A stretch of DNA of 64,000 nucleotides from Mobula hypostoma (lineage: Eukaryota): positions 52,206,001 through 52,270,000 of the forward strand of contig NC_086097.1 of NCBI RefSeq assembly GCF_963921235.1, written 5' to 3'. The notes below the pieces were generated by a model. That model saw nothing but the letters and a program-made list of their open reading frames with translations. It made no database searches and was not told the DNA's origin. Positions 51,942 to 64,000 of this stretch are shown here, one piece after another; the stretch's first letter is position 1, and the number at the start of each line of letters is the position of its first letter. The translations under genes and the position numbers were made by a program.

Positions 51942-52230
51942 GCCAGTCCAATGTCTCCTTGGGAACTGTGGCACAGAAAATACACTGGCTGCCCCCTCTC
52001 ACTTCTTTTAAACTTTCTCCCTCTACACAATCCAATGCCTTATTAGGAACTGTGGTGTGCAAAATGTGTTGGCTACCCCCACTCGCTTCTTTGAATTTCT
52101 CTCTCCCTCTATGGAATTCAATTTCTCCAGGGGAACTGTGGTGCACAAAATGTATCAGCTGTCCCACTCGCTTCTTTAAAACTCTCTCCCCTCTGTGTAA
52201 TCCAATATCTCCCCCAGGAACTGCGCAAAA
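51942..52230. repeat. ~85-bp tandem repeat, ~3.4 copies, at a CR1 5' end
   Basis: ggaactg(t/c)g anchors at 51962, 52046, 52132 and 52217 (periods 84, 86, 85). Confidence 0.85.
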
Positions 52231-53039
52231 TAGGAGATATCTAATAATCTTGGATGAGTGTATCTTGTATCAAAGCGGAGTTACTAACCCAGTTTTGGCA
52301 TTAGACATTTAGCATTTTGGCATTGGTAGTTGGTGGTAGTTCCTAAAAATGAGCAGAGGACTATCCTGGTTTTATGATCAATATTGCCCAGTTTCTTAGC
52401 TTGTTTCTGACTTGAAAGCTTCTGATAGAACTCTATAGAACTTTTCAAACAATAAATTACAATACTCACCATAATTTTTACTGTATGAAAAGGTTTTAAA
52501 TATTTGGATGAGAGACGTAGAAAGGCATTTTAAACATAGACATTTTCTTTCCAGGTGAAATACCACCAATACATATTTTGGACTGGATGGAACTATTGGA
52601 TATGGGTATATTTATATGGGTGTAATTACTTTAAATCATAGAATTTGAAAGAGTGTAATGAATAAATTTAAAGAAAGCATTTTTTTCATGCACCTAATGT
52701 ACATTCCTAATGCACAAGGGAACTAATTGCTTGGTAGCATCAGACAAGTGACTAATCATTTAGAAATATTAAAATGCCTGAGCAGTTTTTACCCTTGACT
52801 AAACAACCAGCTACAAAAATGAATAATTATCTGTCTCTGAAATCATGTTGATTCATGATAAATCCCCTTTGTAACTGAAACTCTAATGTTAGAAACTAGT
52901 TTGGATGTTACCCCATAGGTTGTGTTTGAAGTCATGTTTACCCCACTCTGCCTTTCATTCAAATTGTTCACTTCTGTGTTAATAATTAGTACATATCAAG
53001 ACTTGACCTTTTTCATTTTGTGCAGTAAATTCTCAGAAT

Positions 53040-53315
53040 ACAAGACATCCCTTTCGAACAGAGATAAGAAAGAATTACTTCAGTCAGAGGGGGGTGAATC
53101 TGTGGAATTCATTGCTGCAGGCAGCTGTGGAGACCACATCATTGGGAATGTTTACAGTGGAGGTTGATTGGCTCTTGATTAGTAAGGATGTCAAAGGTTA
53201 AGAGGAGAAGGCAGAATTGGGATAGAGAGGGATAATAAATCAGCCATATGGAATGGTAGAGCAGACTCGATGGGCCAAATGGCCTAATTCTGCTCCTATG
53301 TCTTATGGCTTTATG
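53040..53315 (+). mobile_element. CR1 3' terminal fragment
   Basis: gtgaatctgtggaattcattgc...gatgggccaaatggcctaattctgctcctatgtcttatgg. Confidence 0.8.
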
Positions 53316-53669
53316 CTCTTACAGGCCCTGATATTTCTGGACAGTAGGAATGTATTCTTGTTGGGAAGATTTTTGGGAAAGCTCGAAATGTGGTGGGCTT
53401 GCTGAATCAAATGAATAACTTCTGTATCCTTTAACAGTTTCTCCCCTGTGAACCAGTGAGATTTCAAGGCTCACTTGTTGTTGGACAGGGAAATCACAAA
53501 TGGAAGACCAGTATGATGGATCCACAGCAGTTGGAGATGGGAATATAGATGGAGGAAACCAGGGTAGGGGGGAGAGGTTTAGAAAGATCATTTGGGCTTT
53601 GTAGATTGGTTAATGGTTCACACAAGAGATTCTGTGGATGCTGAAAATCTCAAGCAACACTCAAATACT

Positions 53670-55403
53670 ATTTCAAAGCATCTGTCCTAAAACCAGCACT
53701 TAAATGCAATTGCGAAGGAAGCACAGCACTGCCTCTATTTCCTTAGGAGTCTGTGGAGATTCAACTTGACAACTACAACTCTGACAAACTCTATATAGAT
53801 GTGTAGTGGCGAGTGTATTAACTGGCTGCATCACAGCCAGGTATGAAAACACCAATGCCTTTGAATGGAAAATCCAACAAAAGGTTCTGGATTCCATCCA
53901 GTACATCACAGGTAAAGCCCTCCTAACCATTCAGCACATCTGCATGAAACACTGTCATAGAAAAGCAGTATCCATTATCAGAGATCCCACCATGCTCGTT
54001 TCTTGCTGCTGCCATCAGGTAGAAGATACAAGAGCATCAGGACTCGCACCACCAGGTTCAAGAACAGTTGCTGCCTCTCAGCCGTCAGGCTCTTAAACAA
54101 AAGGGGATAACTGCACTCACTTGCCCATCCATTGAGCTGTTCCCATACCAATAATCTCACTTTTAGGACTCTTTATCTCATTATCAGATATTCCTATTAA
54201 TTATTGCTGTTTATTTATATTTGCATTTGCAGTTTGTTGTCTTCTAAACTCTGGTTGATCTTTCATTGATCCTATTATATTTACTTTTCTATAGATTTGC
54301 TAAGTATGCCCACAGGAAAATAAACCTCAGGGTTGTATTTGGTGACATATATGTACTTTGATAATAAAATTTACACTCAGACCTCTCATAGCACTGATTT
54401 GTTATGACGCAGTTATTCAATTCTTTATTGAACTTTTTTTAAATGACAAAAACTCATTCTAAACAACACTTAAAACTTCTCAAGAGCAAACACTCAATCA
54501 GCCAATGAGAGTGTTTTACATATGTTCTCAGCCACTCACAGCCAATCAGGTATCAGTTCATGCTCTGCCTCCCCCATGTTGGTAAATGTTCTTGCTCCCT
54601 TGCCAACTTATTCCATTTTTTTACCCATATTGTCTGGAAAACGGCCTGCAACTTCCAGTGAGGGTAGTGCTACTAAGATGTCTAGGAAAAGCATTAGCAT
54701 GGATGTGAAACTGCAAGTGATACAGCATTTGGAAGCTGGTGAGTGTCAGGTTGATGTTAGAGAGTTACCGCATTTTCATGGTGAAAGCCTTAATAATGAA
54801 GAGCTTCAAGAATTGGCAGAGCATTGTATCTTGGGGTGAATTTGAGGACATGGATGGAGGAGAGGAAACACCAGCAAGAAATCTTACCACAAAATTCCTC
54901 TGCACTAGCATTACCACGATCACACAAATCATGGACCAGTTCAGCGACAATGACCCTGACCAGGAGCAAAGCAATAAGCAAAGAGAGGTGTTCTCCACAT
55001 GATTTCCTGCTACCGAGAACTGCTTCATGAGAGGAAACTTAAGAAAAGACAGTCAAATCCTAACACCTACTTGAAGAAGTCAAAGCTAGAGAAGGACCCA
55101 GAGCCTGTTTCCTCCTCTAAGATGTAACCATCACCTATTTCCCTCTGCTGCCACTGCGATGTGTTGTTGCTCCACTGGTGTACGGGTTAGGCCTGCTAAC
55201 CTGTTTGTTAGTTCACAAATTACTGTATATACATAAGATAATGTCACATATCCTGGGTTTGATTTTTTTGTCAGGCACACATGTCCATCTACGTAATGTT
55301 ATAATGACCCCACAGAGCCCTGATTTACACAGTGCTCCACCTCCAAAGAATGCACCTTCAGCGTTAAGCGGGGTCTGAGTGTACTTTGAACTTTGAACCT
55401 TGA
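53670..55403 (+). mobile_element. Rex1/Babar 3' fragment whose tail is split by a Tigger element
   Basis: ORF 53806-54096 SVLTGCITA.Y; aataaaatt-TA at 54363-54373 continues as TA-ctttgaactttgaac at 55382. Confidence 0.8.
54374..55381 (+). mobile_element. Internally deleted Tigger/pogo-type DNA transposon (1008 bp)
   Basis: TA TSD; TIRs cactcagacc / ggtctgagtg; RKSISMDVKLQVIQHLEAGECQVDV (CENP-B/Psq HTH) joined to C-terminal ESLNNEELQELAE...FSDNDPD; no DDE core. Confidence 0.82.
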
Positions 55404-55409
55404 AAAAAA

Positions 55410-56070
55410 ATGTTCAGCAGGTCAGGTACCAGCCTTGGAGTGGAATAAACAGTCAACATTTCAAGCTGAGATGCTTCATCAGGACTGGAAGGTAAGGGGG
55501 AAGAAGCCAGAATAAGAAGGTGGGGGTAGAGGAAGAAGTACAATTAGGCAAATGATAGGCAAAACCAGGTGAGGGGGGAGGAGGCAGGTAGTGGAGGAGG
55601 TGAAGTGAGAGGCTGGGAGATGATAGATAGAAGAGGTAAAGGGCTGAAGAAGAAAGAATCTGATAGGAGTGGAGAGAGGGCCACGGGAGAAAGAGAAAGA
55701 GGAGGGGCACCGGAGGAAGATAATAGGCAGGTGAGGAGAAGAGTAGGGGTAAAAGGAGAGCCAGGATAGGGAATGGAAAAAGAAAGAAGAGGAAGGGAGT
55801 GAAATTATCCGAAGTTAGAGAAATTGATGTTCATGCTGTTAGGTTGGAGGCTACCCTGACAGGATATGAGGTGTTGCTCCTCCAACCCGAGTGTGGCCTC
55901 ATCGTAGCAGTAGAGGTGACCATGGGCTGACATGTCAGTTGAGCACGGGAAATAGAATTAAAATGGGTGACCACCAGGAAATCCGGCTTTGGTAGCAGAT
56001 GGAGTGAAGGTACTCAATGAAGAGGTCCCCAATCTATGCCAGTCTCACTGATGTAGAGCAGATTGCACCA
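55410..56070 (-). mobile_element. Penelope-like element 3' end (GIY-YIG C-terminus and pLTR)
   Basis: Minus strand LLYISET...DMSAHGHLYCYDEATLGLEEQHLISCQGSLQPNSMNINFSNF; pyrimidine-rich tract; hammerhead motif. Confidence 0.78.
55450..55487 (-). ncRNA. Minimal type I hammerhead ribozyme motif (Penelope-associated, partly decayed)
   Basis: CAGUC-CUGAUGA-AGC AUCUCA GCU U-GAAA-UGUU-GACUG: stem I CAGUC/GACUG and core CUGAUGA, GAAA, UH present. Confidence 0.55.
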
Positions 56071-56074
56071 CTGA

Positions 56075-56365
56075 CTTGTTATACACCTCTATCAAGTCAC
56101 CTGTCATCTGGCTTCATTCCAAAGGGAAAAGCCCAGCTCGCTCAACCTTTCCTCATAAGGCATGCTCAATAATCCAGGTGGCATACTGGTAAATCTCCTT
56201 GCACTCTCTCTAAACCTTCCACATCCTCCGTATAATGAGGTGACCAGAACTGTTTTATAGAGGTGCAATATTACTTCTGGGCTCTTGAACTCAATTCCCT
56301 GCCTAATGAAGGCTGACATACCTCACGCTTTTTTAACCACCCTATCAACTTGCGTGGCAACTTTG
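56075..56365 (-). mobile_element. CR1 fragment
   Basis: ORF 56104-56319: AFIRQGIEFKS...RRFTSMPPGL..MPYEERLSELG. Confidence 0.75.
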
Positions 56366-56959
56366 AGGGAGCTGTGAATCCTGCCATTACCTGTGTATTC
56401 TGCTGTCAAGTTCAAAGTTTTTCTATATTAAAAACCCTCTTTGGTAATTGGCATTACAGGAAAGGCAAAATGCTTACTGTTCAAATGCATTTCTTTTTTT
56501 ACGTAGCCATCTATCAATGCTCCTTTTTGTCATTGAGGAGTTGATAACCCCTTCCTCCCATCTTTATTGGGGCACTATGTTGATGTGGAATAATAATAAT
56601 AACCAAAAGAACACTGGTTGATGGATCTATTCGAGCAGAGAGCTAATCCATGATTACAGAATTAATTCTTAAGAGGTGTGTAGAAGAAGGACGGAAACTT
56701 GTAGCTGGGGGTACTGCGAGAAGCAGGAGGCCAGCATAGGAGGTGCATGAAGATCTTGGAGAGTTGGAAAATTAGAAGGGATACCAAGAAAGGCAGGGAG
56801 GAGTTATTGTATGAAAGGACACAGTGTAGTCAGCAATAACAGAGATGATGAGAAAATGGGCCCAATACAAATGCAAAATATCGGAGATGATTTTGAGGAC
56901 AGAGTGGGAAGCTAGGGGTCACGTTTCAGTTTAAGGAGAGGGAAGGTATTCTAAGGGGC

Positions 56960-58590
56960 TAGATATATAAATACTTGGAAAGACATGGCCTGATTAAGGA
57001 TAGTCAGCATGGCTTCATGCATGGTAGGTCATGTCTAACCAAGCTTATAGAGATTTTCAAGGAAGTTAACTGTTAAGTTGATGAAGGCTAGGCAGTTGAT
57101 GTTGTCTACCTGGACTTTAGAAAGGCATTTGACAAGGTCCCATGGGAGATTAGTCAAGATGGTTCAGTCACTCGGCATTCAAGATGAGGTAGTAAATTGG
57201 ATTAGACTTTGGCTTTGTGGGAGAAGCTAGAGATTGGTAGTAGATGGTTGCCTCTTTGACTGGAGGCCTGTGACCAGTAGAATATCGCAGGGATCAGTCC
57301 TGGGTCTGTTGTTATTTGTCATCTATATCAATGAAGTGGATGATAATGTGGTTAACTGGATCAGTAAATTTGTGGATGACACCAAGATTGGGGGTGCAGT
57401 GGGCAGTGGGAAAGGCTATCAGGGCTTGCAGCAGGATCTGGACCAGCTGCAAAAATGGCAGAATAAATTTAATGCAGACAAGTGCAAGGTGTTTCACTTC
57501 AGTTGGTTCAACCAGGGTAGGTCTTACACAGTGAACGATAGGGCATTGAGGAGCGCAGTAGAACAAAGGGATCTGGGAATACAAGTGCACAATTCATTAA
57601 AAGTTACATCATAGGTAAATAGGGTTCTAGAGAAAGCTTTTGGCACATTGGCCTTCCTAAACCAAAGTATTGATTACAGGAGATGAGGTGTTATGTTGCA
57701 GTTGTAAAAGATATTGATGAGGCTTAATTTTTTTTAGTTTTTTTAGATTATGAGGACACACAGTCCTCTTTTATTGTCATTTAGTAATGCATGCATTAAG
57801 AAATGATACAATGTTCCTCCAGAATGATATCACAGAAACACAAGACAAACCAAGACTGAAAAACTGACAAAAACCACATAATTATAACATATAGTTACAA
57901 CAGTGCAAAGCAATACCGTAATTTGATAAAGAACAGACCATGGGCACGGTAAAAAAAAGTCTCAAAGTCTCTTGAAGGTCCTGTCATCTCACGCAGACAG
58001 TAGAAGGAAGAAAAACTCTCCCTGCCATGAACTTCCAGCGCTGCAAACTTGCCGATGCAGCACTCTGGAAGCACCCAATCACAGCCGACTCTTGAGTCTG
58101 TCCAAAAACTTCGAGCCTCCGACCAGCCCTCCGACACCAAGCACCGAGCACCATCTCTGCCGAGCGCTTTAACCCCGGCCCTGGCAACAGGCAATAGGCA
58201 AAGCCGAGGATTAGGGGCCTTCCCCTCCGGAGATTCTCGATCGCACAGTAGCAGCGGCAGCGAAGCGGGCATTTCAGAAGTTTGTCCAGACGTTCCTCCG
58301 TGCTTCTCACGTCTGTCTCCATCAAATCAGGATTGTGCACGGTACCTACTTATAAATACAATATCATTTCAGAGCAGCCGCATGTACTGTGTCACGCCGC
58401 CATCTTCTCCTCCCCTCCCACACAATTTGGAGTATTGTGTGCAGTTTTGGCCACCTACCTACAGGAAAGATGTAAATAAGTTTGAAAGAGTACAGAGAAA
58501 ACTCACAAGGATGTTGCCAGGCCTGGAGGACCTGAGTTATAAGGAAAGATTGAATAGGCCAGGATTTTATTTCTTGGAGAGACTGAGAGG
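56960..58590 (+). mobile_element. CR1 RT fragment split by a retroposon
   Basis: ORF 57234-57614 (SQGSVLGLLLF, KFVDDTK); resumes at 58424 with NLEYCVQFW. Confidence 0.88.
57731..58423 (-). mobile_element. Apparently full-length ~690-bp non-autonomous retroposon
   Basis: AATTT at both flanks (57726-57730, 58424-58428); 5' ggaggagaagatggcggc; 3' aatgacaataaaagag...A-rich tail; second copy at 1-300. Confidence 0.8.
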
Positions 58591-59081
58591 AGGTCTTCCG
58601 ACATTGCGATGGAATATGGAGAGCCTGTAGCATGTCGAATTATTGGGTGAACAAGGTAGTCTTTGGGGTAACTGCAAGTCTGTGTCTTTGCTATTGCTTG
58701 GCTCACACTTGAGAGCTGGTAGCAGGTGCGCATTATTTTTACCAGTGGGGGGAGGGGGATTGTTCCTTGCTGCCGCTTATGTGAGGGAGGGAGGGGTGCT
58801 GGTGGGGGACTTTAGGGTTCTAACATTTAATTGTCATTCATTCTTGGGGCACTTCTCTGTTTTCATGGATGGTTGCTAAGAAAAAGCATTTCAGGATGTA
58901 TATTGTATACATTTCTCTGACATTAAATTGTACCTTTGAAATGTTTGAAATTATTATTTTCCATATTATTTCAGGTCAGATAGGATCTATGTAGAAAGAA
59001 ACAAAGTTAACTTTTGTGTTAATGACCAACCGTCAAAAATAGGAATAGTTTATCAGATCTGTAAGCAGTTCTCAACATCTT

Positions 59082-59366
59082 TTTTAAAGTCTGTCACGAG
59101 CCTTGTGACCCATCAGGCTGGTGCTTATGCTGGTCTCTGTGGCGTGAAGCGACTGAGAGTATGAGACTCCCCCCGGAATTGACGCCAGTCTATCACGAGG
59201 TTAACCCCCAGCATTTTTGCTGGTACACATTCTCAGCTGGGTAGACTGGAGCATTGTGTGGTTAAGTGCCTTGCTCAAGGACACACACGCTGCCCTGGCC
59301 GAGGCTCGAACACACGACCTTCAGATCGCTAGTCCAACGCCCTAAACACTTGGCCACACGCCACAC
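59082..59366 (-). mobile_element. tRNA-derived CORE-like SINE
   Basis: A box tggccaagtg, B box gttcgagcc, CORE-like tgtgtccttgagcaaggcacttaac; TSD CAACATCTT (59073-59081, 59370-59378). Confidence 0.85.
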
Positions 59367-59619
59367 TCCCAACATCTTAAAACCTGTTTATTTTTCTTTA
59401 ACTGTTGACCATTCAATGAAAGCTCATTAACCTGAAGCTAACTGGCCGACTGAGGACATGGGCATGGACATTACCAGAAGTTCCATGCAATGGTCAAGTC
59501 TAGATGTAGATGAAAGGTTTCAGCTGAAGTAATGATAAAGGTACTTTGAACTTTGAATTTTGAACTCTTAAGTTACCCATAAAAAGCAACAAGCATACAT
59601 TTCCTTAAAACTGCATTTC

Positions 59620-60350
59620 TGCAATTAGCCAGGGCATTTCTCCAGTGATTCTGTGTGAAAATGCTCACACAACTTGGATGCTTGCCAAATGTTTGCAACA
59701 CATTGGCAGGTTGCAATGTTTGCTGAACTTATGAATCTTTATGTATATATTCTTCAAAAGGACATTATTTTCACGAAGCAGAGTTTTGCAAACTTTATTT
59801 TTATGCAATTCAGGAAGAGAAATTGTGTTGAAGCACATCAGTATTTAACTGAGTATTACTGCCTTTGTGACAAGTACCTCTTTCTGGCTATTTACCCTCC
59901 CAAAATCAAAAGCAAACCCTGATAAGGAATTTTTTTAACAAGTGTAATATTCCTTTAACCAACATGAAGTATTAAACAAGAACATGATGAAACATGTCTA
60001 AAATAAGCCCAAGGCTTGTCGAACACCTTTCCCACATTGTGTCATTATGCTATCTCAAAAACATATCTTCAGGATGACTGTAGGGAAACTTTGGAGATGA
60101 CAAGCACACCTCTCCCAAAATGAGGCAGATGTGTCACTTAAAATGTTTGATAGGTTAACTTTTGGAAACGTATGCTTGCCAATACTTGAATCACCTTACG
60201 TGGTGGCTTAGATTTATCAAAGTTCTGATTCATTGCTTGTTTTTGCTCCTTCTTCCAGGCTTCCAATTCTCTGCGTTCCCTCAGAATTCTCAGAAAACCC
60301 GGAAGCCATTTGGAACGTGATGCCATGCAAATCGCTCTCAGGCTCATTTT
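59620..60350 (-). pseudogene. Possible highly decayed C2H2 zinc-finger gene remnant
   Basis: With frameshifts reads QCGKGVRQA..., HKNKVCKT...KIH and C.MCCK.FGQASKLCEHF...TGEMP; no intact ORF. Confidence 0.3.
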
Positions 60351-61693
60351 GGTTCATGCAAGGCCAGACTGCCTCTGTTGGTGAGTGCAAAGAGGTATGC
60401 TTCTTGCTCAGGTAAAAGGGATGGACCTCTCAACCTGTCCCTCTGCAATCAATGTGACCTTATGGATGAATAACGGGTTAGTGATCCCAAAAGTTCTTCG
60501 TAATCTCTTGAGTCTAAATTGGGGAAAAGACAGCTCAGGCTCTCCTTCATGCCTGCTCCTGTAGTCACAAGGCCTACATTAAATCGGTTCTTCGTGATGT
60601 AGAAGAACATTTGGTGTCAGCCACGCTTTCCTGGGCTGCGTGCCTGATGTGAAATTGGATGAGGGGAAAGGGCTCCTTCCTGATGACAACTAAGGTGGGA
60701 GCATCACCCTGTCTGTAGACCATTTAGAAAGGTGTTAGCAAGAGATTCAGCAAGAGGATGGAGGCTCGACCCTGGACAATAAACAGGAGAATGATCTGTG
60801 GGGTGAAATTGGATGGGGATAGTCTGCCAGTGTGATCACCTTCCTAGCCAGCCAACCTGGCAAAAGAATGGATTCAAACATGATGTTGGCTCTCCATAAA
60901 TGGTCTTCTGGAAGTTCCTAGGGGGAAGCGGATGGATGGTAGAGAATGAGGTCATTGCTCAAATTAATATTGGTCATGGTAAAGACCAAAGGCAGAGAGA
61001 CTGAGTAGGAGTTGTTTGGAGAATTAAAGTGATAGGTGACTACATGTTTAGGGTCTCCTCTGTGGTTTGAAGTGAGTGTTAATATCTGAACTTGGTTTCT
61101 CTAGCATAGAAGAGACTGTATTGTGACCATTGTATGAAATACGCACACACACAATCCTCTAACCCTCTTCTTCAGCTGCCAAGGACGTTGATAGTGGACA
61201 CACGTACATCATTCCTGTCGAATTTGTTATGGGTTAAAAGTCAGATTTCTGTTGTTCTCCAAATTCTTTCGCAAGTGTAGGTTGCTGCAGAAGTCATAGT
61301 TTGTCTCCTAACAAGTTTCAACTGGTTGGTTCTGCTCGACTGCAAGTCTCTCATTAACCATAATTCTACCCTATCCGTCATGTCCGCATGCCAAAATATT
61401 TGCATAATTGTCTTAGGTGGAATTAAAAGTTCGTAGTATGAGTGTATTATTTAAAGTTCAGAAAAAAAAACATTGCTGTGTCCAGGAATGCTTTTCAAAG
61501 AAATAATAACCCAAATATAAATTCAATTACACTATTAATATTATAATTTATCTTTATAAAGTATGGTAACCTAAAACTGATTGGCCTAAAGTTTGCTGAT
61601 GTCATGTGAGGCATCTCAGCAAGAGATAATAATATTTCTGCCTCGAGGCATAAGTGGGGATGAAGTCAACGTTTTCAGTTGAGTCTCAGCTCT

Positions 61694-61998
61694 GTTTATT
61701 TATTTTATGTTATTTGGAGATACAGTGCAGAATAGGTCCTCCCGACCCTTTGAGCCATGCTACCAGCAACCCCAAGTTTAGCACTAGCCTAATCATGGGA
61801 CAAATTCCAATGACTAATTAACCTACTAACCGGTACGTTAGGGCTGTGGGAGAAAACGGGAGTACCCGGAGGAAACCCAGACATTCCATGGGGAGAAAGT
61901 ACAAACTCCTTACAGAGGACACCAGCATTGAACTCTGAACTGTGACGCCCCCGAGCTACAATAGTGTCATGCTCACCGCCACTCTACAGTGACACCCC
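61694..61998 (-). mobile_element. HE1-like V-SINE
   Basis: ggagtacccggaggaaaccca...ggggagaaagtacaaactcc; similar to 34753-35008. Confidence 0.78.
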
Positions 61999-62084
61999 AG
62001 TTAAGTTGCTACTAAGAATGTACTTGAGTTAAAACCCCATGAGTTCAGATCTAACTCTTTTCATACTTCCTTATGACAGTAAAG

Positions 62085-62345
62085 CGGGTAATTCAGTCCA
62101 TTGAATCTGTACTAGTTCACAGAGCAATCTCATTCTTCTACTTATTTTCCATTAACCTATTCTCCTCATAGTCCCATCAACCAACAGCCTCCACCCCTCA
62201 GACTGTGCCATCAGCTTAGGCACTAAGAGCAACTCAGGGTGTCAATTAACCTATCAACCCTCACATCTTCAGGATGTAGGAGGAAACCGCAGCACCTGGA
62301 GGAAACTTGTGCTCTCATGGTGCCAATGCGCAAACTGCACACAGA
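62085..62345 (-). mobile_element. Degenerate V-SINE
   Basis: caattaaccta...ggaggaaaccgcagcacctggaggaaac...gcaaactgcacacaga. Confidence 0.55.
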
Positions 62346-64000
62346 AGAATGTGCAAACTCTTGGGAGCAGATGTCCAGCCCCTTGCTAAAGGAATGTTGC
62401 AAATAATATCTTTTTGATGGGAAAAGGCCCTTTCAAATGGATAAAAATTTGGCATGAGAATGATCAGAAAGTACAAATCTCATGAGCATCTAGTCAAAAT
62501 GAATCACTAACTCCTCATCCACAATGCATGTAAACATCTCGATGGACTTCATTTTCCAAGGAACAGTTCTGCACGTAACTGCTGGGATTTCATTACATGC
62601 ATGTCAGCAAATTCTGGGTATACGTGAATACACGCGTAACGGATTAGGACACCAGTGAAGCAGCTACTGTGCTGCTCAGGGCCTGGGGTCCACATCTAGC
62701 TTTGCTCTTCCTGAAAGAAGCAATAGAATATTTGGAGTAAGGCAAATTTACAGGAGCAGGGTAGGATGTTGGCGATATCGTGTCAGGCAAATGCAAGACC
62801 TGCTGTAAATGGGAGAACAAAAGGTTCGCGCCTTTTCTGCACAAACCTCTTGGGGACACAGTCCAATCTAACTGGGTACCCAGCACTCTCGTCAGAGAGC
62901 CTTAAATGGACCCTGAGTGGGTGTTTCGCAGAACAATCAAGAAGCACTTGAATTGCAAAGAGGAGAAAGCACACCAATTCTCTCAGGAGTTGCCCTCGAT
63001 CCCCTGGCCTCAGGCCACAAGCAATGGACAAGCTGGACCAGTGCAATTTTTCTCAGTGCCGGCAACGTTCACACAGGGCCGAGGGTGGAATGCAACTTGG
63101 AGCTGAGAACTGGCACCAGTGGCTTAACCTCCAAGCTAGAATGGTATGAATTCACACCAGAGGCTGAGGAGAAAATGTAGGCTGATGCGCTCTGCCTCCT
63201 CACTGCTTTGACATAATTCTGAGCAATTAAACCAGAACTTCATCTGTTCCACCAGGTGGGTAAAAAAAAAAGCACAATGCCACTGATTAGGAGAAGAGTA
63301 GGAGAGCTCTTCCCATTCCAGCTCAGCCCCTGAACCAGCATCACTAAAGCAAATGGTCATTATCACTCTCTGTGGAAGTTTACTGTGCACAGATTGCCAG
63401 CAGCACTTCTTAAATGACAACATAGATAATACCTCATTGGTATTTATATGCCTAGACAGCACTTAAGACATCCAAACATTGTTAAAAACACCACAAACTG
63501 TTCTTCATTCTTTATTGGCCATTTATATATTTCAGGGTATGAACCGTGCATTAGAGTTACTGACATTCCAAAGAACAGAAGCAAAAGCTATGGAACAGCA
63601 GAAGGAACTTTTATAGACAAATTTTAATATGAAATTGATTTCATGATAAAAGCATTGCAAATGTTAAAATGGTAACAACTTGAGCTATGAAGGAAATTTG
63701 AAAATGAAATTGGATATTTGCAGGGTGTTTCCACTTGCTCTCCACTCATAAGCTGCCACATGACACTGACCCTCTTCTGATTATAAATCTTCAAGGAGCT
63801 TCTGTTTCAATAAGGGTCACCAAAGTTCAAAGACTCAGCTATACTTTAAACAACTGCATCAATAGTGAAATGTTTTGATTGGATTAAGCCAGATTTAGGA
63901 TTCATTAATGAGCAAATGAAAAGGAACTTGGCAGCTTGACAAAGTAGAGTATGTGATGCTTCAGAGCTAACAAACAAAGGAGGAGTTCAAAGGTTTCAGG

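Larger units (their letters stand above)
47468..52230 (-). mobile_element. Degenerate CR1 extending into ORF1 (SGNH/GDSL esterase-like) and the 5' UTR, interrupted by a plus-strand CR1 and a SINE
   Basis: ORF2 remnants 47792-48436; ORF1 remnants QAVVIGDLLVR, SLNNRYAALDT, SETRNRKI-like motif; CR1 sequence resumes ~50605. Confidence 0.75.

Noticed and set aside
51659..52312. 217-aa ORF with repeated peptide units
   Set aside because: Arises from the 85-bp tandem array and antisense CR1 ORF1; no independent coding evidence.
62600..63200. Cluster of overlapping short ORFs and a small CpG patch
   Set aside because: No recognisable protein motif or convincing splice signals; a conservation search would be needed.

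Overview
Repeat-rich vertebrate DNA, very probably a cartilaginous fish (inferred from HE1-like V-SINEs and abundant CR1, Rex1/Babar and Penelope-type repeats). The only apparently functional host sequence is the last coding exon of FRMD6 (10029-10316, +), followed by a ~4.2 kb repeat-free putative 3' UTR. The rest is mostly nested transposable elements. The most notable structure (37830-~47460, minus strand) is a decayed sushi-ichi-type (chromoviral Ty3/gypsy) LTR retrotransposon whose RT/RNase H/integrase region is replaced by an intronless copy of a USP35 deubiquitinase mRNA. Its order is LTR, gag, protease, RT N-terminus fused in frame to the USP35 start codon, USP35, integrase chromodomain tail in the same frame, PPT, LTR. 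This looks like host mRNA capture by an LTR element. It was later hit by an ORF2-deleted L1 (16-bp TSD), which was in turn hit by a CR1. Other items are a fold-back Tc1 with ~675-bp arms, a solo LTR, a possible twin-primed tRNA SINE, an ~85-bp tandem array at a CR1 5' end, hAT and Tigger derivatives, and Penelope-type hammerhead ribozyme remnants. Protein and family assignments rest on recalled motifs, not database searches; boundaries without a stated TSD are approximate.
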